A stretch of DNA of 64,000 nucleotides. Source: Selaginella moellendorffii. Its lineage: Eukaryota > Plantae > Lycopodiophyta. The notes under the pieces were generated by a model. It was not told the origin of the DNA and made no database searches. It was given only the letters and a program-made list of their open reading frames with translations. The translations under genes and the position numbers were made by a program. Positions within the stretch are counted from its first letter, which is position 1; each line of letters starts with the position of its first letter. Positions 1 through 13,392 of the stretch are shown in pieces. The stretch spans positions 1,791,048 to 1,855,047 of the forward strand of contig NW_003314270.1 of the NCBI RefSeq assembly GCF_000143415.4. The letters are read 5' to 3'.

Positions 1-1779
1 GGAAGTGAAACTACCCAAGGTAGTCAAACTAAACTTGACCTCGGGAAGTTTTGCAGCCAGGGACCAAGGTTATTTGAATAACATCGGCCCCCAAGAAGTA
101 AAATTGCCTAAGGTGGCCAGCCTAGTGGCAAGAAAAACTAACTGAATTGGTGCAAAAATCCCTAAGGTCAAGCAAAAATGCCCAAAGTGGCTGCTTAAGA
201 AGAGGGGGAAGAAAAAAAAAGCAAACAAATAGAAGAAACTCACCTTTGATAGCATCGTTTTAGTTACATCCTCAATCTCACTTGCTCCCAATCTCTCGTG
301 CTAGATTTCTTATGCTCTCGACTCAATTTCTTGCATGCTCAATCACTCGTGCTCTATGTCTCGTGGGAATGATCACTCACTCTCAATCTATCACATGTTT
401 AATCACTCCCCACACTCAACTCATGGTACAAATGACGGCTAGCCTAAACCTAATCTTGGCTACTACTCTAACCCTAACCTTGGTAGCTACCCTAACCCTA
501 ACCAATTTCCTGGCCATTCATTCCAAATGCCTTAAATCACTACATCATTATATCACAGATCATTATCACCACATCAGTATATATAGATCTTATTTTATCT
601 TATCATTTATGATAAAAATAAATTTTATATCAATTTATTGTTCTTTATTCTGTATATTTTAATGACAATATAACTAGTTTATATCAATTTTTTAGTTGAT
701 ATTAATTTCTCCCAATTTTATAGAAAGGATGCATTCTCATCAATATTTCATACATGTTTTGGATTTGTTACAGGAACTTTAAAGAGTATAAATAATGCAT
801 ATTGCATTACCATATTAGATATGTTGTACTGTATTAACTTATGAATTAGATGAATCCTCATCCATAAATTTATTTGTGTTATGTAAGAACCTAAACTACT
901 CAAAATATCATTGAGCTGTTAGTGTTCACACTTATGGATATAACTTGACTCATACTGAAAATTGAATCTATCATTGAAGAATTATTATTATTGACATCAC
1001 CTAACACTTAAAATTTGACAAACAAATAATATTTCACACGCGTCGATAATTGGATTGGATATTTTGGATCTACATGCCTATCAAAATTGACATCACATGC
1101 TAAAAACTCTTCCTTGGATCTTTTCATACATCAAACATCATAATAGATGATAGTAACATTACAACTGTCACACTTGCATATGTTAGATATACTATACTAT
1201 TTATATTTATTTTGTACATTATTGACATTCTTTGTAGTGCTTTTCTTAGATTTTAATTTATGTTTCACTATAGATTTTTACAAGCAGCATAAAGAGAGAT
1301 AAAGAACTCTAAAACCTATAGAGAAGGATGGAGAGGTTTCTTCTACATTTTCAATAAACATGTATGTACATTTGTTATGTCCCAAAGGAACTAATACAAA
1401 AATTAGGCATGCCACCTTTTCACCGAGCTACTCTATGTGACACTCTCATCTCTCAATTGGACGTAATCCTAAAGTAAAATTGAACATGGTCGTCTCCTTC
1501 AAATCACGTCTCCCCCCTGAACGAAGAAGAGCGTCAAGGAGGTGCCATTGCCAATGGATCTTGTCATCGATCACCTTGCCAAAACATGAGAGCCATGTAT
1601 TTTGCCAGTCCCCCAAACAATTGGGCTTTAGTTGTTCTTTTAGGATGATGTAGTGGAGGCAAATGGCTACCACAATAAGTCTCCACCACATGGCCATAAT
1701 AGCAGATACTCTTGCTTGTTGCCTGTTGAAGTGATGATGGTTACATATCTCCTAGATTGCTTGTATTCCTATTGCTCTC

Positions 1780-2400
1780 CATATTGCTCAACATTCGTGG
1801 CCCATTGCCTCCCAGACTGATGTTCCAACTTCAGCACCAATATTATCCCATTGAATTCACATTTTCCAATCGTGCTCTCCACAACATGTGATGCACCTCC
1901 AAGCCAAACTTGCGGCCAGACCATGTGCTCCTTCAAACTAGTGAAGCATATCGCCACACCTAGCTTCAAACTCTAGGATGTCCCCTATCTCATGAGCCAC
2001 CCTGAGAATTTAATGTTATATTTCCTTTGCCATATCACATTCCCACAATCTATGTTGCATAGTCTCTACCTTGCCACACTCCTTGCATCATTAGCTTGCA
2101 TCATTCCAGAAATATTGTTTTACTAGCAGCCTGTTGTTTGCTACAAGCCAAGAAGTGATCTTGACTTTCTTTTGAACTAGCAACTTCTAGAAATCCAATG
2201 TGTTGTCCACCACTTAGTTTGTGTCCACTTCTTGCTTGATCTATTTCCTCCATAGTTTTGGAATCTATATGCGTGCCTCCTCCTTGTTTGTCTAAAGGCC
2301 ATCCCGTGCTTAGTTCACCTCAAAAGAGAAGAATTTATTCAAACCTCACCTTTATTATGCAAGACCCTATACCAAGTCTTCAATCATATACTAGTGCCAC
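1780..2400 (-). mobile_element. Degenerate LINE (L1-like) ORF2 C-terminal remnant with zf-RVT zinc knuckle
   Basis: Manual minus-strand translation gives KKVKITSWLVANNRLLVKQYFWNDAS**CKECGKVETMQHRLWECDMAKEI (CxxC..ET..H...C at about 2035-2096), followed by LWRAR...FNG. Multiple stops; boundaries approximate. Confidence 0.7.
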
Positions 2401-4103
2401 CACTTGAGTATGCCATCCCCCTCAAGTGTGGCTGCCGATTGCACCACAACCAATTGTTTCAGCATCTAGCAAAGCACTCGAATCCTCCCCTTGACCTCAT
2501 CATCAGTCACCATTGGCATGTCCTACTCTTCTCCTACTGGCAATAATGTATCATCCCTTATCACCTAAAAAGGGGCAGTTTATTGTAAACCACAAAATTT
2601 TTCCTTTCCAATTTGCCAGCTTACCTTGTCTATCCAACTAACACTGCCTTGGCCTTATCTAAGTTCATTTGCCAAGGCTCCCTAAGGCGCGGACCATACT
2701 TGAGCTCACGAGTTGAAGAGTTCAGCTCACGAGTTGAGCTCAATTTTCAATTGTAATTTAGTACAAACATTATAAATTTTAAAATTTTAAGGTTATGGCA
2801 AACCTAATAATTTAATAACTCTCTATATATTATATAGATAAAAATGTTCTAAAGAACACTTTTTGTTCTAATAATTTAAATATTTACTACATGCAATGAT
2901 AGGGACATTTGCTAGAACATAAAATAAAATGTTTGCAAAAAGAGTATTCTTGTCACTTCTTTAAATTTGTACTCTATGCTTTCTGGTTAGTAAATGTTAG
3001 GTTTGTCAGAATTTAAAAATTATTAAATTTGAAATAAGATTCTATGTAAAGCCATATAACCGTTTGAAAGGAAAAAAAATAACCATTGATGTAAGCTTAT
3101 TGCATATAAAAGAAAGACTTGGTTCTTTGTAGAATACATTCTTGAGGGGTTTGTTGTAGCATACTGTCTAGAATTTATAAATCTTCATTCACACTCTCAT
3201 TCGAAAAAAGGGAAATACACCCACAAATGTCTATGGGTTCTAGTGTTGGTAATTTTAACTCTCACAATCTTTCTTCCCAGGGTTCAAGGGCTAGGAGATG
3301 CAATAACTATCCAATTGCACAGCATAATCAAATCACACAAGAGAATGAAAGAGAGGATAGTGAGGATAGTGATCATGAGTTGGAGATAAATGCAATGACA
3401 GAGGGTGCAATAAATTGGGTGAAAAAGAATGCCCTCTTACTTGTTTTAGAAAAGTGCAATTCTGCCACTTTCAAACTAAACTCCTACTTAGTTCTACTTG
3501 GTTTCAGCTACTTGTTGCACGAGCAATGGAGCATTAGCCATCCATCCACGGATTCCCAGATCTCTCCCAATCCCTCTCTCTAGGTTAGACTAGATTTAAA
3601 GTTCAATTACACTCCCCACAGGCACAAGCAGCCAAGCACACTAAGCCTCCAAGTTCCTAATATCCCTTGGTACAATAACACTTGATTATGGGACCTTCTA
3701 AATCCTAAGCCTTGGGGGCAACTCTTGCTTCGGGATGCCGAGGGGAAACACCATGGCCTAACAGCCCGATATGGGTACCTCTACTCCCCTACTTCCATCT
3801 CAAAAGGAAGGCCCAAACCTCTAGGAAGGGCAAGGACCAATAAGCCGCAAGGTACTCAAGTGGGGCACCACTCCATATGAGCTGGGAGCATCATAGTCGA
3901 TTTCCCTTCTAGGAGTGGGAGCTACTCTTGAGCACTTCCTTGGGTGGCCTCTCCGACACCACCCGAGTCCATGCTCACTCCCACCCAAGGTCCCTCGGCC
4001 CCAATCTCAATCTCAAGTCAGTTTGGAAGCACCACTGAAGAGTTCTTTCAAAATTGTTTCCTGAACCTCACTATCTCTACTATACTTTTGAAACCCCCTA
4101 CAG

Positions 4104-4120
4104 CCCCCCCCCCCCCCCCC
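4104..4120. repeat. poly-C homopolymer (17 nt)
   Basis: Directly visible run of C. Confidence 0.9.
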
Positions 4121-4164
4121 AGGAGACACATGCTTTGGGCTTTCACCCCACGACCTGTATTAGT

Positions 4165-4397
4165 ATTCGGACTCGGTCTCGAACTCGATCTCGGACTCAA
4201 CCTCGAACTCGATCTTGGACCCAACTTCGGACTTTGTCTCGAACCTGACCCGACCTCGGACTCAGTCTCAGACTCAATCTCGGACTCAGTCTTGGACCTG
4301 ATCTTGGATCTCAGACTCGGTCTCAAACTCGGTTTCGGAGTTAGTCTCGAACTCGGTCTTAGAGTCGGTCTCGGACTCGATCTCGAACTTGGTCTCA
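4165..4397. repeat. Degenerate 6-bp-period minisatellite (CTCGGA/CTCGAA/CTCGGT/CTCGAT variants)
   Basis: About 230 bp of CTCGxx hexamers; these generate the LGLELD and PSSR low-complexity ORFs on both strands. Confidence 0.8.
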
Positions 4398-4809
4398 TCC
4401 AATGAACTCTTTATCATTTTGGTCGTGCTTTCAGGGATCCTTTAGCCTTCGACACCTTGGGGAGTTGGTTCCTTATAACTCCACCACCTATAGAAGAAGT
4501 TTGATGCTCACATCGAATGCATCTTTTTAATCATACAACTTGTTAACCATGTCTCCGAGGGCATCCCCCCACTTAGTAGTATGCCTAAGTTAGCCTCCCT
4601 GGCCAAGAGCCCATGACAACGGAATATAGGTGTCCCTATACCCCTCCCCTCACCATGCCTTAGTATGGGGTTAAGACTTGAACCTAGCCTTGCTTTACTA
4701 AAGGGTTCCTTATGTTTGGTCGACCTAGTTAACCCATGCTAATTAGCTTACCTTTAGTGCACCTTTAGGTCCCAATATATGACATTGCTCAATTTCTCAA
4801 AATAGATTC

Positions 4810-5560
4810 TTGCATAAGTACATAAAGTTCTACTTTGCAGAAATTCCTCCACTAGATCCCATATGTTCGCTAAGTTCTCCTCCGGTTCCCATGTTGCTTC
4901 GTAGTGTGAAAATCCTTTCCACTTCACATGGAATTCCCTCACCTCGCATCCTTGTCACTCACATTGAAGATGGCCTCGACTTCATATTCCTCTTCCCCTT
5001 AGATAACCTTAGATAAAGGTTTTACTTGGTCCTTACGAATCAGATCCTCAAAATACGGCTTGAGTAAGTTCACATGGAATATAAGATGCATTTTCCCCAT
5101 CTCTCGAGGAAGTCAGAGGTGGTAAGCCACCTTACCAATTTGTGCCTCAATCTCGTAAGGCCCCACAAACCTGCTTAAGGAACTCAAGATTAGTTCATTT
5201 TTAGGAATACATGCATTTTTACCTTTGGGTCAACTTTTGGCTGATCCCACTTGGTAACCTTAGATTCTTGTTGTTCAGCCACACTTTCTCCCCAAGTTGG
5301 AACTCTACATCCCGGTGCTTTTGGTTTGCATACTTGGTTTGCCTTTGTTGAGCCCGTTCCAAAGAATCCCTCACTAGATTCCAAATGTTGAGTTTTTTTG
5401 CTGTGAATGCCTCCACTGAAATATCTCATTTAAACTTAGATACGAATGAACACCTCTGGTACGCTGAAATTCTTGGTATAGATCATTTAGTGGCGTAGCA
5501 CCCTTCATAGTTTCAAACAAGGTAACAATACTACATTTGTTTAGATCATTGTCATTATGG
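4810..5560 (-). mobile_element. Gypsy/chromovirus-type integrase C-terminus (GPY/F motif) plus chromodomain, degenerate, containing a GT-AG intron
   Basis: VRDSLERAQQRQTKYANQKHRDVEFQLGEKVWL...KLTQR|FVGPYEIEAQIGKVAYHL*LP..HLIFHVNLLKPY, then EEEYEVEAI and chromodomain EFHVKWKGFSHYEATWEPEENL. In-frame stops and a frameshift. Confidence 0.85.
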
Positions 5561-7376
5561 ACCTTGCAAATGTGCTTGCTATTTGTGCAAAGTGCTGCCT
5601 GAGGCCCAGGTTGCAACCGAATTTAAAAAAGAACCGTCATTCTGTCCACCAAAGTCTACTAAGTTGATGGTTAAGGGAGTTTGGTACAAGCAAAACTGAG
5701 ATCAAGAAAACTCAACACACACTGAGGCCAAGAATGTCTTTTTCTCTGTCTTTTAAAATTTAGCTAATATGAGCTAGCAAAAGTTGTTGTCTTCTCAAAT
5801 GCAAGGATATTGAAAAGCAGCAGTATCATCTACAAGTTTTCCAATCCAATATGTGACAAATAAATATAATATGTTCAGTATTCATGTGCAATTGAAATTA
5901 ACTGTTTATTTCTATGAAAAGCCTATGTGTCGCAAAATTCAGAAAAAAAAAACTGCAGTAATCAGCATCTCCCTCCCACCTATGCATTACAAATTAATCT
6001 TTGTATCTATTCCTATATATAGGTACTTTATATTTTTAGAATGTGCCGTCTCAATAGAAAAAGAGTGGCTTAATTTCAAACTGGTGTGGAAGCCTCTTGC
6101 TCCATTTTTTGCTCAAGATAGCAGACTCGTTGGCTTTGACAGAATATGTCAATTCCTCATTCTCCTGTGAGAAAATCCTGCTAGAGAAGCTCGTGACAAA
6201 GTTGGAGGTCTGGAAGAGTCACTGGATTCCTTGGAACCAACCCCAATGCCACCTCCAGCTGCAAGCATAAGAACCAAGGAGTCCCAGCCAAGTAGTTGGA
6301 TGACGATTGTGTTCGTGATAAAATTGGTAATGTATTAATGTTGGCTGGGTAGAGAAAAGAAGTGTTTGTTTGTTACTCCTACTGTATGTAAGAGCTAAAG
6401 GTTTTTAAAATTTTTTCTTGTTGTCTAAGGCAATAAATGTATTACTACAGGAAATTGAGTTAGAAAGGGAGGTGTAATTTCCTCAAAGTGGAGAGGTTGT
6501 TGATAAGGATAGTGGAGTGGAGTGGACAAGTCAAACCAAGGACTTGGTGAAGATATTGGCCACCATGTCTCCTGTGCCACAGTATACTATCTCAAAAATC
6601 TCATCTTCATACTTTGAATGTCGAAGTGCTCTGTGCAGAAATGTTAGCTAGGCTGCCTGCCAAAGTGATGTAGCTCTGATTGTCACACCACAGCCTCGAG
6701 GTGATTACCATTGACTTTTGGTTGTCGTGAATTCACATTTGTTGTAGTTTCTTGCGTGAACTGCATGACCTGTTGCAAGACCAAAGTAAACTGGCATTAG
6801 GGCAGAATAAATCCTGTGAACTAAAACCTTGAAATGCTGTGGTAAAACTCTTTACTGTCAAAGGCTTTTAGAAAGTGTAACTAAATAGACACGTGGGCTA
6901 AAAGAAATTGTTTTGAATCATAGTAAAAAGGACTACACAATTAGGTTGCCTCATGCATTTGTCAAGAGATAATTTTGTTTCTGTGTTTTCTAAGGGACAA
7001 TTAGAAAGTCCTAAGGGCAGCATTCAGTGTGCTTCTATTTCTTGTGGTTTGTCTATTTACTTATTTTCACTGTCTAGTGCACACTATCTAAGTTTCTATT
7101 TTCTAAAAGAGATTGTAAAATCTTCTATAGATCAATGGGTGGCAAAAGAAAGAGGAAAACATGATCTAATTTTACATGAAGACTGTATGATAAATGGAAG
7201 TTCAGCAAGTTTGAATTCATCTTGATATATGAATAAAAGCATGGATGGAAGTGTGACAAACCTGGTTTCATTTAATAATTCCAAGATTGATATCCATAGA
7301 AAATGCTTTTAGAAACACTATTGAATTTATTACCTAACCTATTTATGAAGTAAATCCTGGAAATGGAACAGAAAGC

Positions 7377-7790
7377 ATGGAAAATACTAAATATTTAGGA
7401 TTCTTGCAAAACAACAAAGATGGTAAATGTGAAGCAGATTATATTGGTCTCATGGATAAACATTGTGACTATTGTAAAGTTTTTCTTTTTGCTTCTGAAA
7501 CACAATCACAATGTTGTCATGGCGGACGTGTGTTTATAGAAAAACAAATTGAATTCCCTGAAATGATTCATAAATTATTAGACAAAACAGTCCAACGAGG
7601 AAAATATAAAGAATTAATTCGAAATTATAATAGTGCTTTGGCATTTGCATCTATGGAGGCAAATATTGATGAATGATTGGCAATGGACCATATTATTTCA
7701 AAATTCATGACAAGTATACCATTCAATTGGCAGTTTTCATCCTATGCAAGGTCATGATGCAAGATATTCTCAGCTTTATATTTTAGACAC
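7377..7790 (+). mobile_element. Helitron RepHel N-terminal fragment (pseudogenised)
   Basis: CDYC...CCHGGRV...IRNYNSALAFAS, then GNGPYYFKIH / QVYHSIGSFHPMQGHDARYSQLYILDT across a stop and a frameshift. This matches the conserved Helitron pre-Rep region. Confidence 0.8.
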
Positions 7791-9255
7791 ACTATTATAA
7801 TTTCGAATGAATTCTTTAAAATTTCCTTGTTGGAATAAATATTTGTCCTTAATTATAATTTTTTAGTTATTAGAGAAACCAATATCATGTTTATTGGTGA
7901 TCATTTTTTGTATGAATATAACATAGCAAAAGAAAATTAAAATTAAAATAATCAATCTCATCTTTTGTAATAGTACGTTTAATGTATTTTAGAACAATAG
8001 AAAAAATTAATATTTAAATAATATTTCAAGTTCAATGTAAGTACATGAACATATAACAATTACTAATTTAATTTTAAAAAATTAGTACAACTTGATGTTA
8101 TAAAAATAAAAAGGTGTAAAAACTTTATCTTCAAAGAAATTTGTAAGTGAATATTCTACATACACTTCTATTCTCTAAAAATGTTTGTGAGCATATACTA
8201 ACTTTTTAGTCTCCTAACATACTATTTTAAAAAAGTAAAATATAAAAAAATATTATATTTATAATAACATATAGTTGTGTAAATCAAAGATGTAATCATT
8301 TTAATAATATAGCTTATCAAGTAATATTTAAAATATAATAAAATATATTTATATATCTCATTTCAGCCTAGTGGCTAATTATTCTCCCTATAATATATTA
8401 TTAAAAAGTAAAGAAACAATAAATTAAATATGTAAAACAAAGTTACTCATAAAATGCATAGCTTAATTTTAAAAATGACTAAGTTAAATTTTATTCTATA
8501 ATGGAAGTATAAAAATGTACACTAAAAATTAGTTTTAATTATACTTAATCCATAGTATAGTTTTGTTGAAAGAGATAGTGTGACATATATCAAATCCAAA
8601 ATTTTATTAATCATTGTAGCTTTTTTGTTCGTACCCTTATATTTTTATTAATTATTATTACAAAATTAGTCATCTTATATATGGGAGATGGATGTACACT
8701 TAATGTTCATATAATTTATATTGTATTTCTATCAAATTGTTTTTATTATTGAGAATGAAACATTAAAAAATATTTAATGTAATTTAATAATCATATCTAG
8801 CAAACATATTATCAATAGGACTATAAAATGCTATTAATTTTGTTAGTAATATAGAAAACAACACTATAATTAATTTTAAAAAATGAGACAATATACCCAT
8901 AATAGCATCAACAACATATATAAATATCAAAATCAGTAAAAATTATCAAATGCAAATTGTAATTGTTAACACTTTTTAAGTTTTTTCATTTGTCAATGCA
9001 TGGAATATAAAAATGAAATATAGAAATAAGCCCAAAAACTCTAGTTTATATACAAAAGCAAATAGTCCGGATTGAAAGGTTATCAAAATCTCATTACGTA
9101 ATATTAGTATATAGCATCATTTGGACTTTACACATCTAAATTGGAGAAATCATTATATGAAAAATAATAAAGTATTCTATTGAACGTTAAAGGTAACAAT
9201 TTAAATATTTGTTGCCTTAACCTTTAAAATTTCCTGGAACTTGGGGTTTACCAAA

Positions 9256-12005
9256 ATGGAGAAGTGGAGGGCTTTGGCGGTGGAGGCGGCGCTGTCCAGG
9301 GCGCATTCCTGGATTCTCTTCGCGGCCGTGCTCTTGATCGCCTCCTCTGCCCTCAGCATCCAATTCCGCCGCCTCGACTCCTCGCGGTGGAGCATCCAGC
9401 GGCTGGAGGAGGATTTTGTGGCCGGCCTCTCCAACGATTCCATCAGCGGCTTCCTCCTGGAGCTCACGCGGGAGCCCCATGTCGCCGGGACGCCCCAGAA
9501 TTTCCACACCGCGAGGTTTGTTTACGAGAGTTTCCAGGCGGCAGGGATTCAAACGCACTACGCGGATTTCGAGGTGCTACTCTCGTATCCACTCCAGCGA
9601 TCGCTGTCGCTGCTCCTCCCGAACGGGTCGACGCTATCGCTGGGCCTGAAAGAGGAGGCCGTGGAGGGCGATCCTAGCACGAGCAATCCAGACGTGATTC
9701 CAACGTTTTTCCCCTATGTTCCATCTGGGACAGTGTGTGGAGAGGCCGTCTATGCAAACTATGGCCGTGCGCAGGACTTCGAAACTCTCAGGCAACGAGG
9801 GGTGGATGTCCGTGGTGCGGTGGTCCTTGCGAGGATTGGAAAGATCTTTCGAGGGGATATCGTCGCCAATGCGGCAGCAGCAGGGGCAGCGGCTGCGCTG
9901 GTGTTCTCGGATCCTTTCGACTACGCAAAGAATGGAACCGAGGGGTTTTATCCATCTTCGCAGTGGTTGCCACCCAGTGGTGTTCAGCGAGGATCGGTGC
10001 TTCTAACCTCCGGGGATATTCTTACTCCTGGATGGCCGAGCACTCCGAATGCCGAGAGGGTGGACTTGTCCGAGACGAAGCTTCCAAAAATTCTAGCACT
10101 GCCGATCTCCGCACAGGATGCTTTGCCAATTCTTGCGGCTTTGGGTGGAGAAGTTGCTCCAGCGGACTGGCAAGGTGGTTTGCGGCTGCCAGAGTATCGG
10201 CTTGGTCGGGGTCCGGCAAAACTCAACTTCAGCTATGAAGTAGGCTGTTAAAGTAAAAAGAAAGAGCGCAAACAAGCAAGCCGAGGTGTGTGCAGGGAAA
10301 TCTCACAGTGACGGCGATTAGAAATGTGATCGGGATGATCAAAGGCTCCGAAGAACCAGACAGGTTTACTCAGCTTGGAACGTTCTTTTTGACATTGCTT
10401 GTGTGGAGCTTTTACCAGGTACCTACTGGTTGGAAACCATCGAGATGCATGGACGTTTGGAGGAGCAGATCCGAGTAGTGGGACTGCTTGCCTACTTGAG
10501 GTAACTTTGACGTTCTTCTACTTTAATTCACTTTACGCTCTGGACATTCTTAGATTGCACGAGGGTTTGGAAAGTTTCTCAAGCAAGGTTGGCAGCCGAA
10601 ACGAACACTCGTGTTTTGTAGCTGGGACGCGGAAGAATACGGCTTGGTTCGTAACTTGTTCGCCCTTGATCTTCTTGTGCTGAAAGTGGCCTCTTGGTTG
10701 ACAGATCGGATCAACGGAGTGGGTTGAGCAGAATCTGGACATGCTCACTGCTAGAGCAATCGCTTACATCAATGTAGATAGATCCGTGGGTGGTCCAAAC
10801 TTTGATGGTTGTGGAACACCTCAGCTCGATAATCTACTCATGCAAGTCACTAAGAAGGTCTGGCCGACAAATCGATGCTAATTTTTACTTTTCTCGTGTT
10901 TTCCTCAGGTTAAAGATCCCAATTCAGTGTTCAAGAGCGTGTATGATTCGTGGTGTGCTTTGAACAGAAATGCTACACCTGTGGTAAGCATAGCAAATGT
11001 TTTGTAAGCGATGCAAATGCTTTTCCATGTCTGAACAGATTGGCAGGCTTGGAGGCAGTAGGTCTGATTTTTCCTCTTTCCTTCACCGTGCCGGTATTCC
11101 TTCTTACGACTTGAGATATCAGACAAGTAAGGTGTGCAATTCGTAAATTATTTTGGCTTAGGTTGTTTGCAGGTTTTCCTGTGTATCACTCGTTATACGA
11201 TGATTACAATTGGATGAAAGGTTTTGGCGATCCTCTGTTTCAGCGTCACGTTGCAAGTAAGTCCGTTCCTTATCTCTCGAGAGTGACCACATATAGTGTA
11301 ATTCTGGCAGTGTCTGCGATATGGGGACTGCTTTCAATACATTTTATAAATGACGATATTATTCCATTTGACTACAGTTCTTACGCAAGTGTGTTGGAGG
11401 TACGCAGTCGAGCTATTATTCGAGCTATTATTCGAAGAGAAGTTAAGCCTATGCAGTTCTAGGCCGATGTAAGGACCTTGAAAGGCCTCCTGCCAGAAGA
11501 TATCGACGTTACACCATTACTCCGGGCGATTTCTGAGCTGCAGTCAGCTGCTAGGCAAATCAATGCGGAAGCCAGTGTAAGGAACAGGCTTTAAGAATCC
11601 GGGTGATGCTATGACCAGCGTTTTTGCCAGGTGCTTGCAACAAGCACGAGCACAAGCACACAGTCGTCTCTAAAGCGCAGATCCTTAAACGACCGGCTTA
11701 TGCTAGCTGAGCGCTCATTCTTAGACCCAATGGGATTGGCACAGGATCCTTCTAGTAAGCACTTGGTAAGCCCTTGCAAGATCAAGCTTTGAACCGTTTA
11801 GTGATTCGGCTGGCTGGAACAGATTTATGGACAAACAACAAGTGACCTCTACGGCTCGCAGTCTTTTCCAGGTATCAGCCTGGCACTGGCAAATGCATTG
11901 GCCAAGATGGACAAGAGCACCTCCAGTGTGCTGCAACACGAGATCTGGAAAGTAGCGAGAGCCATCACAAATGCAGCTCGAGTGTTGTCCGACAATTTCC
12001 ATTGA
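9256..12005 (+). CDS. Glutamate carboxypeptidase II, AMP1/LAMP1 family (M28 peptidase with PA and TfR-dimer domains), multi-exon
   Basis: N-terminal TM; PHVAGT; YANYG; VQRGSV; zinc-ligand motifs [37 protein letters not shown]; [11 protein letters not shown]. Stop TGA at 12003-12005. Confidence 0.92.
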
Positions 12006-12094
12006 TCTTGGAAGTACATGTGAGCTTACATTTTATAAAGTATATGTCTACCATTTTCTTTTTCTCTCTGTGTCACCACCAGAGAAGAGAGCTT

Positions 12095-13392
12095 TCAATG
12101 GAAGAGCTGTGCATTAGCTTGATCCAGCGCAACCTTTGCAAGGATTTTGTTCATGGCATCACTTGGATGGAAGCTGTCCCAGAAAACATACTTGGAAGCA
12201 TCACGACAGGTACCAGGAGTGAGCTTGTTACAGAGAAGAGACACCGCAAGCCGTCCAACTCCACAGCAAGACGTTAAAGTGTGCTCAAAACCTGCTTAGC
12301 AACACAAGTAGTCTCCATTAGAAGCTATTCCAATGCTGCTCTCACTCACCATAACTTTCAGGCTGCTGGATCACTTTGGAGAAGATCGTGTAGACGTCAA
12401 TGTAAGCAACTCTCAAGTCAGTCATACTTCCTCGTAGACGTTGTACGGATGATTCTAACGCTTGGTTGTGAAGACGAGCGTCCTGGTTCTCAAACTCGGA
12501 ACACTTGAGTTGGCCCTTCCCGTAGAGCGTGACTTGTGACGGGATGCATCCCAGTGGTATAAGGCCTGCAATCGATATTCTTCGAGCGCCCAGTTGGTAC
12601 ATTTCCTGGAAAGTAGCATGGGGCTCATACACGAGAAGAAAGAGGTTTCAGGGTCATACCTTGACAAAGTTCTCGACAGAAAATATGAGAACTTGACGAA
12701 ATGCATCCTTGGTATACTTTACCCGCAGTGCTGGATCGAAGTAATAGTTGTTGATGTAGTCATTGCTTCCGGAACTAAGAACAATAAACGCCTTGGAAAG
12801 GATGGACGCTGTTCTATTTTGGCCAGCAAGTTGTACGAGCTTCTGCTTGTAGTTCCGGAACCACGAAATTTGCCTAGGCAGGTTTGGTACGTTCTATCAC
12901 AACAAAGTGAAAAAAATGAGCATGATTGCCAACTCAAGTTCTCAAGTTGACTTACGAGCAGTGCCGCCGTCTTCTCGTACAGACCAGAACCAGCTGTTGC
13001 AAAGTTAACACCTTGGATGATTTTGCTTCCCTTGGCCGAGGGATCCAAGTACGGCGGAGGAAGTGGCAAACCAAGCAGGCTAGCTGCACCAAGGGAAAAA
13101 TCTCAAAAGTTAGTGGCTGGGAGCGACAACAATCAAAATTTCTTTTCATACCCAGGTAGTCACTCGAAACGCGACCATTGGAAAATCGTCCGGTCGCCTT
13201 GTGGGAGTCGAAGTCTCTCCCATAAGGAGGGAAGTCGGCCCTCACAACCGTTCCAATGTAGTCATTGTTACCAGCATCCACCGACGAGTCTCCGAATACG
13301 TAAAGGGCGGGAACGAGCTGAGAAGCTCTTGACCGCGAGGAGAGAAGGCTGGCGATAAGTGACAGTGTTGCGAAGAAGCTTGCGGCAGACAT
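12095..13392 (-). CDS. GDSL esterase/lipase, secreted, multi-exon
   Basis: Signal peptide; [49 protein letters not shown] (DxxH). Confidence 0.93.

Noticed and set aside
443-503. Telomere-like AACCCT repeats
   Set aside because: Few, degenerate units; cannot support an interstitial telomere.
3944-4405. 153-aa and 116-aa ORFs on opposite strands
   Set aside because: Both are produced by the hexamer minisatellite and poly-C tract; low complexity only.
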